Counted from the stretch's first letter, positions 24,701 through 27,012 are shown. The stretch is DNA of 64,000 bases from Candidatus Omnitrophota bacterium (GCA_016930485.1 JAFGGP010000030.1:2745-66744); one strand, 5' to 3'. The notes: generated from the sequence alone by a model not told the origin. Translations and numbers: made by a program.

Positions 24701-26844
24701 GAGCTCTGCCTGAGGAGGGCGAGGAACTCCCTCTCCTCGTCCGTCTGTGCCAGTGAAAGGGCCGCCTCCTCTTCTATTGACTCGAATTCCCGGAAGAGGG
24801 CCTCGTAATCAAGCGCGTCTATCAGCCTGAGATACGAGAGATACTCTTCAATGACGAGCAGTTCTTTTTTCTTTTCGGGAAGGGTCTGTTTGACAAGGTT
24901 GAGAAACACCTTGTAAAAGAGCCGGCGCGAGATCTTCTTATCCGAGAGCTCGCGGTGGCAGGACTCGATAAGCTCCCTTGCCGCGGAGGCACCCTCTTCG
25001 GAAAGGCGCGCGAGGAGCGTCGTACGCAACTCCTCGGTCTTAAGGGCGATCTCGTCCTCGTCGATCCTGTCCTCCATATCCAGGAGGGCCAGGAGATCGG
25101 CAAAGACCGGATAAGCCCCCTCGATATCAAACCGTCCTGACCCCAGTTTCTGCCTGAGGTATAAGGCGTAGTCGCGTATGGGAAGCGTGCCGGCCTCATA
25201 ACCGGCTTTCTTCTGGAACAGGGTCTGGAGTTCGCTGTTACAGAGTTTATACTTGATCTGATCCAGGCTCTGCTCGATTCTGGCAAGCATGTCTTTGGTG
25301 GCCGCGTTATTGTCGACGATGGCAAGAAACTGGTCCAGGTTGTCAAAGTAGAGCTCAAGGTCCTCGATACCCCAGATCGAAATATCGGGGCGGCTGGTGA
25401 TGGAAAAGTACTCCTCGGCGGTGAGTTCGCCCGAGTTGACAAAGAGCCTGGCTGTCTTTTCCTTGACCTCTTCAATCGGGAATGAAGAGATGCTGGATGT
25501 ATCACACATGCCTTCGGCGCCCTCTGAAAAGATAATTTTGAGATCATACTGCCCGTCCAGAAATTTCAGTATCTCGGCGGTATTGAACTGTGCCCCCGCC
25601 TGGGTGTGCAGGTCCTGGATGTGGACGATAAGAGTTTCCGGGTTCGCAGGTTCGCGGGTTGGCGGGCTTTCTATAGCGGGTAGTGAATCCTCTTGGCTCC
25701 TTTCTGGATTCCGGGTCATGGTTCGACCGCGCTCACCACGGGTGCCCGGAATGACAGAAGAGGGGGCAGGGACATTGCTTCGTGGCTCCGCGCCTCGCAA
25801 TGACGCTTGTTGCATGTTTTTTTGTTTTGAATTTTGGTTATTTGAAATTTGGGATTCATTTGGAATTTGTGATTTGGGATTTGGGATTTGCGAAGTATCA
25901 TATACCTCGGTCACAAAACCCAGCTGTTCCGGGATATGAAAGGTATCGGTATAAGTCAGAGTCGACAGAAAGGAAAGATCTATGTCCGGCCGGGTAGCGG
26001 TGGTAGCAGGAGAGGGTGTCTGGTGAAAGGCTGGCTCTTGCCGGACGGCGGTAGCGGCAGGAGACGTGGCAGGGGGCGCCCTTTGGGCAACGGCTTCCGG
26101 CGGCCGGGCGGTCACGGGACGCTGCCAGGCCGCAGGGCCTGACGATGTAGCCGCGGGAGACGTCTCCTCAGCCACAGGCCCCTCCTGAATGGCCGGTTCT
26201 CTGGACGGCAACGCAGTAACAAGCAGTGTCTCTGTGATGGCAGGCGCTTCCTGAATAGCAGGTTCCTCATGGGCAGGCAATGGCCCTGACGGGGCAGGCC
26301 GGGTTTCGCCGGCAGGCTGGTTAGACGGAGAATCAGCGACGGGGTGTGTTTGTCGGGCAACGGGTTCCTCAACGGGGGCAATTTGGTCTTCAAGCAGAAG
26401 CCAGTCCCGGGAAACAGACGGTGTTTGGACCTCGGACCCGGTCTCACTGGTAGGTTCTTCCCTGAGTGCTGACCGATCTTCGAAGGCCCGATGCCCCTCC
26501 AGGAGAGTAACGTCAGGGGCTGTCGTCCGGTCATCTGGCTGAGACGGCTCTTCGTAAGAGGCCGGCTGAGGAGTCTCTGCCGATCTTATATGACTAATAA
26601 GCGAATTAATCTGATTATTGTAGGAGGGTGTTTCTCTGGGTTCTAAGGCGCTGCTATCGGGCGTTTCTTCTTCGTCTTCAGCGGTCGTCTGGTTTTGAGG
26701 GGCGCGTTTCTTTGAAAAGATATTTTGATAAGACGGTTTCTTAAGGAGTGTGGAAGGCTCTGCCGCATAGACAAGATTCGACCACAGGAAGAGTTCGATG
26801 ACAAGGAGGGAGATAATTTTAATCCATAGAGAGTGCGTTCGCAT
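1..26844 (-). CDS. Giant multidomain, multi-TM protein (5' end in window; 3' end beyond left edge; >=8,948 codons)
   Basis: Hand translation of the minus strand from ATG 26844..26842 stays open to nt 1 (26844 = 3 x 8948). An in-frame TAA lies upstream at 26895..26893, with no other ATG/GTG/TTG between, and AGGGG sits just upstream. Catalytic motifs of unrelated enzyme families all sit in this one frame: (26844-p) mod 3 = 0 for codon starts p = 19260, 17868, 15273, 10332, 7200, 5604, 2151. The ORF track lists no minus-strand ORF in this frame anywhere in 1..26844, as expected if a single stop-less, edge-truncated ORF was dropped. All listed ORFs here are in other frames and are R/S/P/A-rich. 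Confidence 0.9.
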   Translation of the reverse strand, partial: MRTHSLWIKIISLLVIELFLWSNLVYAAEPSTLLKKPSYQNIFSKKRAPQNQTTAEDEEETPDSSALEPRETPSYNNQINSLISHIRSAETPQPASYEEPSQPDDRTTAPDVTLLEGHRAFEDRSALREEPTSETGSEVQTPSVSRDWLLLEDQIAPVEEPVARQTHPVADSPSNQPAGETRPAPSGPLPAHEEPAIQEAPAITETLLVTALPSREPAIQEGPVAEETSPAATSSGPAAWQRPVTARPPEAVAQRAPPATSPAATAVRQEPAFHQTPSPATTATRPDIDLSFLSTLTYTDTFHIPEQLGFVTEVYDTSQIPNPKSQIPNESQISNNQNSKQKNMQQASLRGAEPRSNVPAPSSVIPGTRGERGRTMTRNPERSQEDSLPAIESPPTREPANPETLIVHIQDLHTQAGAQFNTAEILKFLDGQYDLKIIFSEGAEGMCDTSSISSFPIEEVKEKTARLFVNSGELTAEEYFSITSRPDISIWGIEDLELYFDNLDQFLAIVDNNAATKDMLARIEQSLDQIKYKLCNSELQTLFQKKAGYEAGTLPIRDYALYLRQKLGSGRFDIEGAYPVFADLLALLDMEDRIDEDEIALKTEELRTTLLARLSEEGASAARELIESCHRELSDKKISRRLFYKVFLNLVKQTLPEKKKELLVIEEYLSYLRLIDALDYEALFREFESIEEEAALSLAQTDEEREFLALLRQSSFLTRFVDLKISRDEFAWFEGHKSEISVERFRSFIEPRRRPYMIKTKVQYDPALLDARLGAFQAFYDTVHKRDAVMVNNTLKQIDELASSQVSGFKDQQNPSTREPEHPRTPVYVLIAGGFHTRGIAELLREKHMSYAVVSPVSKEDVDTERYHDLLRGVAPLPHQLLLNWVPGSLRRLLSANSEDNIKRARVRGRKYVWIGALCALALLAFAIAYANAQHIEVNPDWFSHLSGDIEGKLALFQGPGGEQFILSNEGALRITASGFTQADAAKVLADSHRLFDIGAGTLILPGMTGSIKTAKKKTIDPAGLSDKKTLALYNEGPGKYHAAEATGLFDEMADRMNMDERVRGFGHRMIILHEIGFPILMSRKAAQNPDSEEARKATARFNEITKEKFDVRERSSDFTSYEEFKEWAFSDAKNREVFGEILSEQERHYLLHAFSPGEHAVEVAEAKGIELSPELRLFLRYHPMRQYKDFLKEAEKGQEALGISISIEDMKLLFNTFNTIDIFVNGNDKFQNILRGKDSPEVVQETFSFIEKNAHDGKIETLASVNALRTLLNETVDGTNKKLTSIVANLRHQKQGITSKEKESWLANLPDITLTLPKGMKLPHKRVDRQVTIADYRHTLGVYELSEEERDDLIEALETQDVVVVLTGDTKDSKVVDLIDIIKPELQKQNKLHLLRKLVVVYNSGNGAFWFPDDSYEMQDAWPPEIIPSETVMSLSEKLKTRFFEQIRTYKDKLRITDEQINTWQAYALEKTCDPDKPDTWRTVSAAETSKEFTQTTKASRLDHFLPPDALGFLGDIAVRLSEDGGQLTLIMSLDELSKNFTDAITPEATLKKGEVDITPLLGAITGSIRGDVRETEARHVVFSSEAVDVCMEDKQSSALRALTLFDSTLKKKPRRGGCTLVSLMGDAPNDLHLELRAKDFKKLITGPVAVAPIFLGPEHNLDKFTNTPAHSSIGIEKGGGQYLRLVNRIRGRRLDRIDRFQKQPSQKSLFARFHALPTRQKAFIALAAVGILAAIYIALGYWFDMPVIDFWPNAAKQLTTLAPEVLKTTTPELGVKAAEFGASGIDAMKQTMPEALRGAGQVFQQTPAVQHTLPAVAGTLVIPGLTGSVTGERSEITRTVPKANFKNLKTYLRYQHNMKPWKKKARQLKQHFKENQPVIVLGVNFFNEKDTVPKVIKTLEEGAKKYYPEANIVIIPSGGPGSVSQEVARIAEAVPETEGIHRFTLTLPVKGKGWGVRSICDLGGELDADAIAFVDGDLESITEDWVKAYIAPQLAGYDVVSPEYWRNYTQDADGIITDWLYYPLFSAVYGRHLRELGGGDWGFHPQQTRNFRKNWTMWNSIIGQDQWMGARSLRNPDAKVANVFIGRKIHLPMPHPIRERFIATVSNLFDILLSEKKYWQNIATVQPKEEPFADTFNAETWQKQNGALPNKTERLNTDELYQGFAEGMGQFSEIYQSLLPEDIYKRLSGQTGLDKDSVSITAADWGAVTFAFLDAYEHAKTQEEKAELITALERIFEGYLVSAANATRGNTYSQTEEVIANQIDIFMQAKTATIIPRSPLARLSPRKKALIITGIALGAVAVACLVLIFTTDVPWLKAIDFWSNAPIATPEVMLTPGVETPLLTEGAPAIMPEAPELVPGIGEGLSPTMGATVTHGAALDTLKHAAPMIIVGKGMIKSRDRDLSQQPVLTEQDIHALAFAPKPLKDPRVQALLDQAETRNPSARTILTRRIGWLDRRDYNGRKNWLNNLMWLSQNSVEERKKAFLKEDYPRISLVVLHWGKEGGVGEKDTLDLVRSLYNIDYPMDKIDLIIVDNNSPDNFFDRYGNKESAIYEGPDIFTKDKPEGLKITFIKGELDPANVKAQQQTNEWITNGGTAGGYNLGTEHAMNKLDPGLVIAVNNDITFDRNAFQATVDGIKNNADRVATMGAARYMYSTRFDEHGQALAYPVDQTFSMYLADGQDELQVLEKGEIVKASHAPSFMAFPSWTLLLLGNYDNRFFMYDEDPELATRYREFNYETLFNPRIAVYHKSMQATGGSRGAFWTYFNVRNVIIWYTRYSESTFRELRYIITKLLESGSGGLKPLFKALYDGLFTRYVPTRLGRVQIITPDGQLNDNKNPHTADIKVFSLPRTPRVIRGLALAMIILPLTVAIIISTTATKLMIWIRPAKGRNDNVKIRVAIQSWLTDYAAEAQSATAIEQERLAALQHHVSYMLFRQTFTDVSRSKQAQVMRLINEEISQKNAGSVLPSRPQAISAPQPGFVQREARDMSKPARLIFIDWDNTIVDTQSLCIAAWKYMCAEFFKRSQQDIPQETREAIVREMERHEREDIVPPLERMRHMQSVFQDYNISIGELTEEGFLEIYTRNYRFILERDYHGIPPVLPGAIERIHALSQIEGVELVIASAAGYDRLTAETEALGINNCFSEIHSQQVDNKGTFVGKDEIMEEVIRKKKIPKDQCVVIGDSLETDIGAAKKIGIAGVLFVSAERMKGQPVGEGQGEPAIIYADYNAAADAFMIWLGHLTMDLTVPSWFRLPKEQVGRSIVIADYFNTVGEKILEGECLDAFLKALEEVDLFIILTGETEKVIEEYVIDVIKPILKATNKEYLLGKLLVAFNSGNGAFYFNKDNDYQKDKAWPPGHIDSKNIKKLSRRYKEAFFDELKQYREALSIASDQQITDSDIDRWKDVSLRSKWQKQERGDEHDYFAVDPQAHEILGDLFIKLPADKGQLTLDLLKSSEHLKKAVTPAAAAKNNQTDLTVLLAVILASIQNDIPDSLCRVYSSTAVDISVADKHSTALRALEFFKEKGAFETPLTPRQCTAYALLGDAPNDTHEDVTEEEIEEIIPEENVVTIPILFGAATHLDKFARRPLHSKTLEFQKGGAQFLRIFAQLKGHSLREVPAFQKKSLLARFRDLPRWKKTTIIAGIALGAILLTFTVFMLLTHDVNLSRVLPRFLRFGVVVLPGGVGSIEDSHVDDGLQPDFTPAPPDLPGSELIESINNDPGQPLGAARAEELLFTQWKTAEWGRLIELDRDAKIYGRGYRIYYVAPDTTQRILINETGYIKYAGIRAENPSVFGETVEPESYTSNALTLMKVDADLESRVIRMEFKLKRFKNLTIETVAVLRRGLHSISISTDTGCHEGCLYCATGKATHEDRLIAHSLNAEELRDQVTLGLQFVRDNILEEYGTGENLQLSCMGIGEPLNNINEIVDAVYKLEKDKVISKCRIQTVGVDAEKIGELQKAVVKKGFTGTLRAPMLDLSILSGDEDTRNALIDRKQPMSTVAEIVKAAIAYDRAIHNRSRLDVRVPLIEGINDTPEQARRLATIIHKVAHEEGYTNHIHIKALPLNPVGDYGPPSEEALQRYLGAINELALTGPVVVGIRTGGEAKDRSQAGGVTFGLLTGDADLSQRYTMLPFESERGGSTQVIIKEIDPSELEFYLSVQESRNLGSGMLRNTGIGRYVSSDGEVGWDTDPATTMRKDMMTLSEHARSFMAEHKVAPEVITGAGTLFANPGVVGYIKDKGWFHVTGEEQRFDGEFVYYAFVKGVEGTQGFRRITINRYREIYDADTGEDITGTVQEFLTSPPLIFRKPGEDTGSIVPITDVLDLYYDVRWIADFPFVPDSLSHFGVDQCYVDPTTLNGELFDKVAQGEPVELDMRYNKVVDGEIVTVVPNAADLTGWFQRQGIVRGQEYRPRGWDEVTKEGDFAIDEARGKVRVILYPGIHPHHILARRDDGKILEIIFKGKSNRMGGTLRQMAAFLRDELKVTDALVIDPGGDSMLWVHGAFAARSFNERLQMGAMMMWGPRAPTAGMTKATADVRAPAARGGRGRVHGGGLGSTVFLLSANLLPRIFSSGLAGVVGAIASALPWLFVGTAVFLVGRSIVRRWPTLSGRQKAALIGITVTVGITLIALYLLGVDLNPFGAAPASGVETHLAALKAPGVGGGLDLFTGVPRMLEAVPFMPIAFTGSIGSVPGGDDAATQQFNTEMQKVSDAFAAKDFPKTWSLLDNPLLLKMAEQTGSPAQIARLNNWRAMTLENLGRYDEALAAYGMVIEYADTLPVPERPFFTIGPRPNSARLLTQSALEHPGGENSVRQIREAVLQYGIALKAQWHFVASQPSDREYLGFRDNIESIFEHQMQMITATLDTFPGKEPEQIENVIQAALDDLLRDTERTTEVYPNAETPANNRLQSRNRGMVQIWRSQHYLIRHDFETSAEAAADAATQEFDQDKKFYAHFLHGSALFPLGNYAEARAALRESQKCSIPGIKGLSAVKLAAVLWDQFLATGDRSLLAEITEKKYIETGISLVRKQQIYSQFSFMYGYASAYYLEIGNLSEALRCAELALYYRIAEKDQESGLAFGGQARTDELLKVIEKRRSVIEDGSAGLDDSFLMDRLGIIARVHLIRGDAETAGRILELGESFDILKGPDYRLAEALYQTMAHRPDAAVKTLEDMIVQIERDAGDLEILLYVAWFKINLADLYMRQGKVSEAEAIYDELLKSHPHMAEAQLGKAKVLFAAVEKDGRVQTGAVIDDQTNRLLQGKLLLEKADGLFGNSPYGSLKLAEGLIRCRRAALAAKEEAEAARVGHLASGAMKRAIEQKLPLGWIVQYGVLIGQGDTEFGILLAPAIKHAKGNPALITATLPKEFGTWLTESASRPWESFMILTGSLLFFGTPAEQAIGCALADLLERPDEEMYPTYRKYILAQADEMNSNMPKNRKPGTPLVVHAPDALIAATEILSEMELDNAKVLYAWLCGQEWFIHAPALYAIKSEHPVDAEAVLKKLQSHFHDLGKGDYSDTTYVERFPQLFREEQSAIALAGILLFSRPKTEAAQACQRIIRGGLYDHLKQHAPYALIYPKAVVEGVIDMVLEEHEIPKDAEDEEAVFAALLADVPGMIADDWLHGEKPFLNSDNFLDEPTRSRLFAHPQQFPNGPADIYRAAAARMQKTGYSFGLSDSQLSAILADPQVETREELMRRMFVNLTERRGQHSGLEKILDEVITHLTPADMAGVQRGTPYYSDRLWTLFCDKAFSRLVTNPQDQEMIGNTIAFGMMQNESISDLLRQIETAIHNKGIEKGKAFTAFNQIRDFVPGAHRRTAQRPDERRGGRHGGKHGRGRVHGGGMFGFALPLNALPWLFGRLHMDASTLFMILGVVMAVVGATVAVVLVLRRGRRIEETIQRQPTADRLFQEFLQSSVYTEIEEILEEIKRLGFPVPEDWYWLDNHAVELEQLTQDISSLSGTGAEIPEGLEGKLKQFPAGRRLIKIRNAMELYREDLKSFVRHLKEDREAEGKLLALIKDALQEKGAILPHHADEYITGIAKHMRVGFDIKKTLVTIVPHYDRALSEFLAVGKGISKDDLDTLLSDIVRNNKDGLDGLQRVRSLYDSVLITAMLEEITGFLRGPLTEEERIIHSIPTTLEPNQIFATHATQPEYLADIVLSGLLGKLAGERVLKRGIARKSGGIEEDISFQIGAVERLYGNIPNAYHYYHPRFSEGYKEGFSYFRMHKPREEGEFGIFIAMDDIERLKADYSVTVFDNSLWSVQATEHIRRKIMELGYEKAWQWAREKSSDFDYKQSMTLSWQPGVEAGSRNAVRKWRAEGVVATGRDPWFIERFAAGTSQGQIMIWPGEVLATEGLPLTEANAFIMVPSRELGSFLRQVFSKAQEYGVPVSADTLRWIVPYEEDNLQLAMLALERKDIEQVRIQANSAVANVILDERLFLSQAYDPSVGEFIQTVSAPATASGLVLMPRKTDNQPTDKVMATVQAASSTSGMNINLAGLVMMPMMTMIGRLLDALGPEGRLVLLGAGLTLGIVIFVAWRMWQAGAKEASGPLREFTIKPKDGQEVSATVTSHTMRGFRETQEDFFITTPVSVPDIHHGEGMFMAVMDGHGGRGTARLLSKKAAYIFSTCLEDETGDVHKALERTFKELGRLVSKKRSGSTLTIIYVPSDELKAYRGVIGDSAAVIRDKNGEVNIGPVHNARFLSKEEIESLKAQGVVLTDDNLFIRNVRTGRRIQLTRSLGDRRYAHIVSREPAIDEVELGPHSIILLATDGVCDTRSTGLTKEKIETTFRQIVKFEYNAKQVTSQLNADNNTAIVMRLGARVTERETLALPERSRQSGLRRFLAFVRDHKLLVAGIALGAAAITALIILALSSTPEVGSRLAHAGAHRSMPLLGMFGVGSIRRNERADEQAKKAIEQRVESIFSHREHASGYLYAEDLIEWNEYLLMAAEASSGWWKGQWLKDADKSFSSFLPLDNLKAIGLSGADSVFAVDLESCTETINGITVPSVRFWQEIERFKDKHKEGEIGIVYAAGKLLIVQGKEVGEKDYYQDWRTFWGLLEANVNPRLPLYPTNRRYFLSTVMHLHPQGFDEPTYRDELTDDGTDDFKSMKGELLQKEYIGLNGDSGRFMVRPYAGSYGAGREERVGGWFSKELIPECMANDVLVHRMVLAAAEKNFSGAFAEYSVGEVLRAWGEILPEEMKAAHKQYLMLEATAHLFGAIGKESTGAHIWHVLLQENGPLSSEQNYRAQIRDNKGIPAVLTQLGRSYDSDLLRKFLAGIEPLKADWDRSDAAPESFVKLIRGIEEVLFEHEDLFDDELIRRLYLNPAVPALVEQYRYEEMLKMLGWLNTMDLGYEFFREQKTKRIRNILDQLFYPPDRDYSEDRKVTKEDVAAIELRMEREPGRIRHGEVPQDVLDALGDFGPAETLPREIIVVPQEWMVRLDMVLDNGVPQARRVPIEGCVLTGANQVIIGEDDYAAYQADHTQFTASLAHELAQIRDFPGAHDLGDEMKEIVRVTPEGTEKIPELTGEYLAEILRPGLEKIGADYYAQEEEQARSAQAEKEAGRAVTELIAGSIGRTGPAWQVKGWVKTGDAPITIPGITLRGGRLEVTPEQLQDAGLRRLVAAVGNMRMAGMRLSVDAFIEYLNLAMDKRKGVISQLGRRTPVMPDATVDIVLDPNYRDLSEILVNNVGNPQLLLQIGAFEHLRQQLDEDATADELLVLATVALTNQLMGPLTGYEDQAVLIRENVCLTVALLERIQIKQKLEKYIEVVSRIFDPKSPYLEALRYELEWQKQGKGFVFGRLATTDDIEKAASRLLDEITGRPRGETTDTAQPSDATEEWEAVPGDEREAGSGFGTTLGSIFSHPVILEFLDDPEQFGNSTAEIMQGLQKRLHGLEDGREQVLKTAMHEILKLYEPAQINQIQIYEFVDMMYDFFQQMDSMQDIREMQAAFIKTMEARLGHKREVSSGVAAEMERILAEIKAERAEGPTTTSKAITPEVSGQVADAGTSGVKSLKGEPGAGKDTVSPATEEARQIKGKKPRWTNEAELYALVDRNRVAEERAAARAASRREFFANPFKWAWTRFRALKPIDKVLTILLITLVMVAATECALLIFGSHASLTDLFAALPREAPMLGMATFTGSTRQQPGEFTDDEIAAPSTAAEFIPLGDMIAFLVASNDQQLDTLMQAIDNGEDLTPILNQAPGQRNYWRDLVDNIKTFQTRDKYDAIPQFVENSIDKLVPGQSDQIDVQIDNRNIVVTDQAKGMTLKEVLINLLIPTMTDKEGAATFGRFGMGFYSGLQFVNKKDDTITVITASQGKEYKLVFKRTNGSFGLAIEPHAQNVSRSGTQVRVRSSINKKHGSEIVKERMRFCPDGKIMLNNELVNDLSKLEHVRINGISIYYSNTPLSPGAIPQTFLTVKGVTTPDDITELDVDNVPAVLVVSLPVTTSIPVSWGAIEVDAKTVAAVKTVIDAVFEYPDNIRLVNALTPLIHHLQEKNASLKDEDNLVLYLQSQFNERSFDPDVIYLPDYPALNKVLENQAKRIHPLLYAALPSYSLPFEEYTEFVPKNLYSRLLIADFTDSSQVLVKAGNIVFLNRAHLPKTPRAKGAFQQLLKLEGITGEFVFGRSPLRNAAERFRLIARRLFWSLGVATQRDKTHSRVSDTENARLSGPSQKDKKQWKIGRMILAELKNLRPRSLREVPNTLLSVVSLSVTLLLFFPIIYLLKLFQAFPAIAHIVLKAAGQRINRGASIAGEEMDVHWTHWRGLTFAVVSWITGIAMYSLVYMLFRNPELLPLSTDLLFSIVMGVGVAVFGHSMQKDVSQFDERNPVGRLVRWTYQGGVVRRIVGLPVYMMVETFRSFFRGVIYTLFGVTFVGGAIIKVFAVLLEKMLTVGHHHFQQWTIELGYLLDPQRDAVNRIVVPVFEGHWTRVRKSEKIFIKHFIRTLHR
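1700..2170 (-). other. GHKL (Bergerat-fold) ATPase-like module, Hsp90/sacsin-like
   Basis: N-box FVENSIDK (2151..2128), G1-like VTDQAKGM, G2 GRFGMGFYS (1977..1951), in canonical order and spacing. Confidence 0.7.
2497..2565 (-). other. TM helix 11 of giant protein
   Basis: VLTILLITLVMVAATECALLIFG, preceded by basic FKWAWTRFRALKP. Confidence 0.65.
5540..5900 (-). other. JAB/MPN (JAMM)-like metalloprotease motif region
   Basis: MHLHPQGFDEPTYRD fits H-x-H-x7-[S/T]-x2-D (HLHP = 5601..5590). A candidate upstream Glu (KEGEIG) lies ~58 aa earlier. Motif-level evidence only. Confidence 0.35.
6235..6297 (-). other. TM helix 10 of giant protein
   Basis: LLVAGIALGAAAITALIILAL after basic RRFLAFVRDHK. 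Confidence 0.7.
6390..7150 (-). other. PP2C/PPM-family Ser/Thr phosphatase module
   Basis: Colinear PPM motifs: RGFRETQEDFF, MAVMDGHGG (DGHGG 7032..7018), GSTLTIIYV, GDSAAV, LTRSLGDRRY, LATDGVCD, DNNTAIVMRL (6423..6394). Confidence 0.85.
7228..7374 (-). other. Hydrophobic hairpin (TM 9a/9b) of giant protein
   Basis: NINLAGLVMMPMMTMIGRLL ... LVLLGAGLTLGIVIFVAWRMW. Confidence 0.6.
9187..9325 (-). other. Hydrophobic hairpin (TM 8a/8b) of giant protein
   Basis: GMFGFALPLNALPWLFGRL ... LFMILGVVMAVVGATVAVVLVLRRGRR. Confidence 0.6.
9400..12800 (-). other. Long alpha-helical / TPR-like repeat region of giant protein
   Basis: Repeated A/L/E/Y-rich ~34-aa units, e.g. WRAMTLENLGRYDEALAAYGMVIEY, LADLYMRQGKVSEAEAIYDELLKSHP, GNYAEARAALRES. 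No catalytic motif recognised. Confidence 0.5.
12937..13176 (-). other. Hydrophobic segments TM 6/7 of giant protein
   Basis: STVFLLSANLLPRIFSSGLAGVVGAIASALPWLFVGTAVFLVG and AALIGITVTVGITLIALYLLGV. Confidence 0.6.
13330..14330 (-). other. Phosphodiester-glycosidase (NAGPA/DUF2233)-like module
   Basis: C-terminal pattern HHILARRDDGKILEIIFKGKSNRMGGTLRQMAAFLRDELKVTDALVIDPGGDSMLWV resembles the R-x-G...dG...G-tl-ela..l...G...A-nLDGGGS signature. By-eye similarity only. Confidence 0.4.
14540..15400 (-). other. Radical-SAM module, RlmN/Cfr-like
   Basis: CHEGCLYC = CX3CX2C (15273..15250) in the context ISISTDTGCHEGCLYCATGK. It is followed by SCMGIGEPLNN, RIQTVG, LDLSILSGDEDTRNALI, VRVPLIEGINDTPEQARRLA and HIKALPLNPVG (14667..14632). 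Confidence 0.8.
15862..15927 (-). other. TM helix 5 of giant protein
   Basis: TTIIAGIALGAILLTFTVFMLL after FQKKSLLARFRDLPRWKK. Confidence 0.7.
15950..17060 (-). other. Repeat module R, copy 2 (HAD-IIB-like C-terminal GDAPND motif)
   Basis: IVIADYFN..VDLFIILTGETEK..VIDVIKP..LLVAFNSGNGAFYF..KAWPP..LGDAPND (16215..16192)..HLDKF..FQKGGAQFLRI. Colinear with copy 1. The nucleophile DxD motif is not evident. Confidence 0.4.
17225..17868 (-). other. HAD-IA hydrolase/phosphatase module
   Basis: Motif I LIFIDWDNTIVDT (17868..), motif II VIASAAG, Lys KGTFVGKDE, motif IV VVIGDSLETDIGAAKKIG (~17305..17250). Confidence 0.8.
18187..18270 (-). other. TM helix 4 of giant protein
   Basis: GLALAMIILPLTVAIIISTTATKLMIWI. 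Confidence 0.65.
18540..19378 (-). other. GT2-family glycosyltransferase module
   Basis: YPRISLVVLHWGKEGG, IDLIIVDNNSPDN (19260..), GGTAGGYNLGTEHA, VIAVNNDITF, FFMYDEDPELATRY, IAVYHKS: typical GT-A/GT2 order. Confidence 0.75.
19909..19974 (-). other. TM helix 3 of giant protein
   Basis: ALIITGIALGAVAVACLVLIFT after LARLSPRKK. Confidence 0.7.
20560..21215 (-). other. GT-A glycosyltransferase module, glucosyl-3-phosphoglycerate-synthase-like
   Basis: PVIVLGVNFFNEKDTV..., VKGKGWGVRSICDLGGELDADAIAFVDGDLES (DxD 20922..20899), VVSPEYWRNY. The pattern resembles GKG..x..DAD..Y-R of GpgS/MpgS-type GT81/GT2 enzymes (by eye). Confidence 0.5.
21610..21675 (-). other. TM helix 2 of giant protein
   Basis: AFIALAAVGILAAIYIALGYWF after FQKQPSQKSLFARFHALPTRQK. 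Confidence 0.7.
21690..22855 (-). other. Repeat module R, copy 1 (HAD-IIB-like C-terminal GDAPND motif)
   Basis: VTIADYRH..QDVVVVLTGDTKD..LIDIIKP..LVVVYNSGNGAFWF..DAWPP..MGDAPND (21969..21946)..NLDKF..IEKGGGQYLRL. Confidence 0.4.
24052..24111 (-). other. TM helix 1 of giant protein
   Basis: YVWIGALCALALLAFAIAYA after RARVRGRK. Confidence 0.7.
24370..24450. repeat. CGGGTT / GAACTCG periodic repeat element, copy inside giant ORF (in frame)
   Basis: gttcgcgggtgctcggg x2 tandem, spacer, then gcgaactcgctaactcg. Related to 25638-25667 and the intergenic 28522-28643. Translated as ELASSQVSGFKDQQNPSTREPEHPRTP. Confidence 0.6.
25638..25892. repeat. Patch of palindromic / low-complexity repeat-like DNA read through in frame by giant ORF
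   Basis: Contents: ccgggttcgcaggttcgcgggttggcgggc; hairpin attccggg(25708-15)/cccggaat(25745-52); hairpin cattgc(25773-78)/gcaatg(25797-802); tttgggat/tttggaat runs 25822-25892. Confidence 0.55.
25640..26763 (-). other. P/E/T/A/S-rich, probably disordered N-terminal region of giant protein
   Basis: Runs such as HEEPAIQEAPAITE / SREPAIQEGPVAEE and PPATSPAATA; no hydrophobic core. Confidence 0.6.
26764..26844 (-). other. Signal peptide / N-terminal anchor of giant protein
   Basis: MRTHSLWIKIISLLVIELFLWSNLVYA-AEP: basic n-region, hydrophobic core, VYA small-x-small site. Confidence 0.6.
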
Positions 26845-26984
26845 GGTGCCCCTACCATGGTCGCGGCCTTTTGCCGCAACGGTGCGAAGTGGTTAACTCT
26901 CGCGGACCCTTTACAACACACAAACTGGTTGAGAAAGAAAGGTGCCCCTTAGAGTTCTTGAAACATTTTTAAAATCTTAATTAA

Positions 26985-27012
26985 AGTATAACATATAAGT
27001 TTTATTTCATAA
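26985..27012 (-). promoter_or_regulatory. Candidate sigma70-type promoter for giant ORF
   Basis: On the minus strand: TTATGA - 16 nt - TATACT, in an AT-rich tract ~140 nt upstream of ATG 26844. Pattern match only. Confidence 0.25.

Noticed and set aside
24822-25547. Minus-strand ORFs of 241 aa (24822-25547), 140 aa (26112-26534), 128 aa (12896-13282) and others.
   Set aside because: They are on the same strand as the giant ORF but in the +1/+2 frames ((26844-start) mod 3 is not 0), and their composition is Ser/Arg/Pro-rich. They are out-of-frame shadows, not genes.
24130-25637. The first soluble module of the giant protein as a TraB/Tiki/erythromycin-esterase-superfamily domain (IVHIQDLHTQ ... 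LIAGGFHTRG).
   Set aside because: There are only two short GxxH-like resemblances, which is too weak without a profile search. Left unassigned.
24370-25892. Short tandem/periodic repeats (17-nt x2 at 24370-24404; TTTGGGAT runs at 25822-25892) considered as a CRISPR array.
   Set aside because: There are only 2-4 contiguous units, no unique spacers of regular length and no cas genes, and the repeats lie inside an open reading frame.
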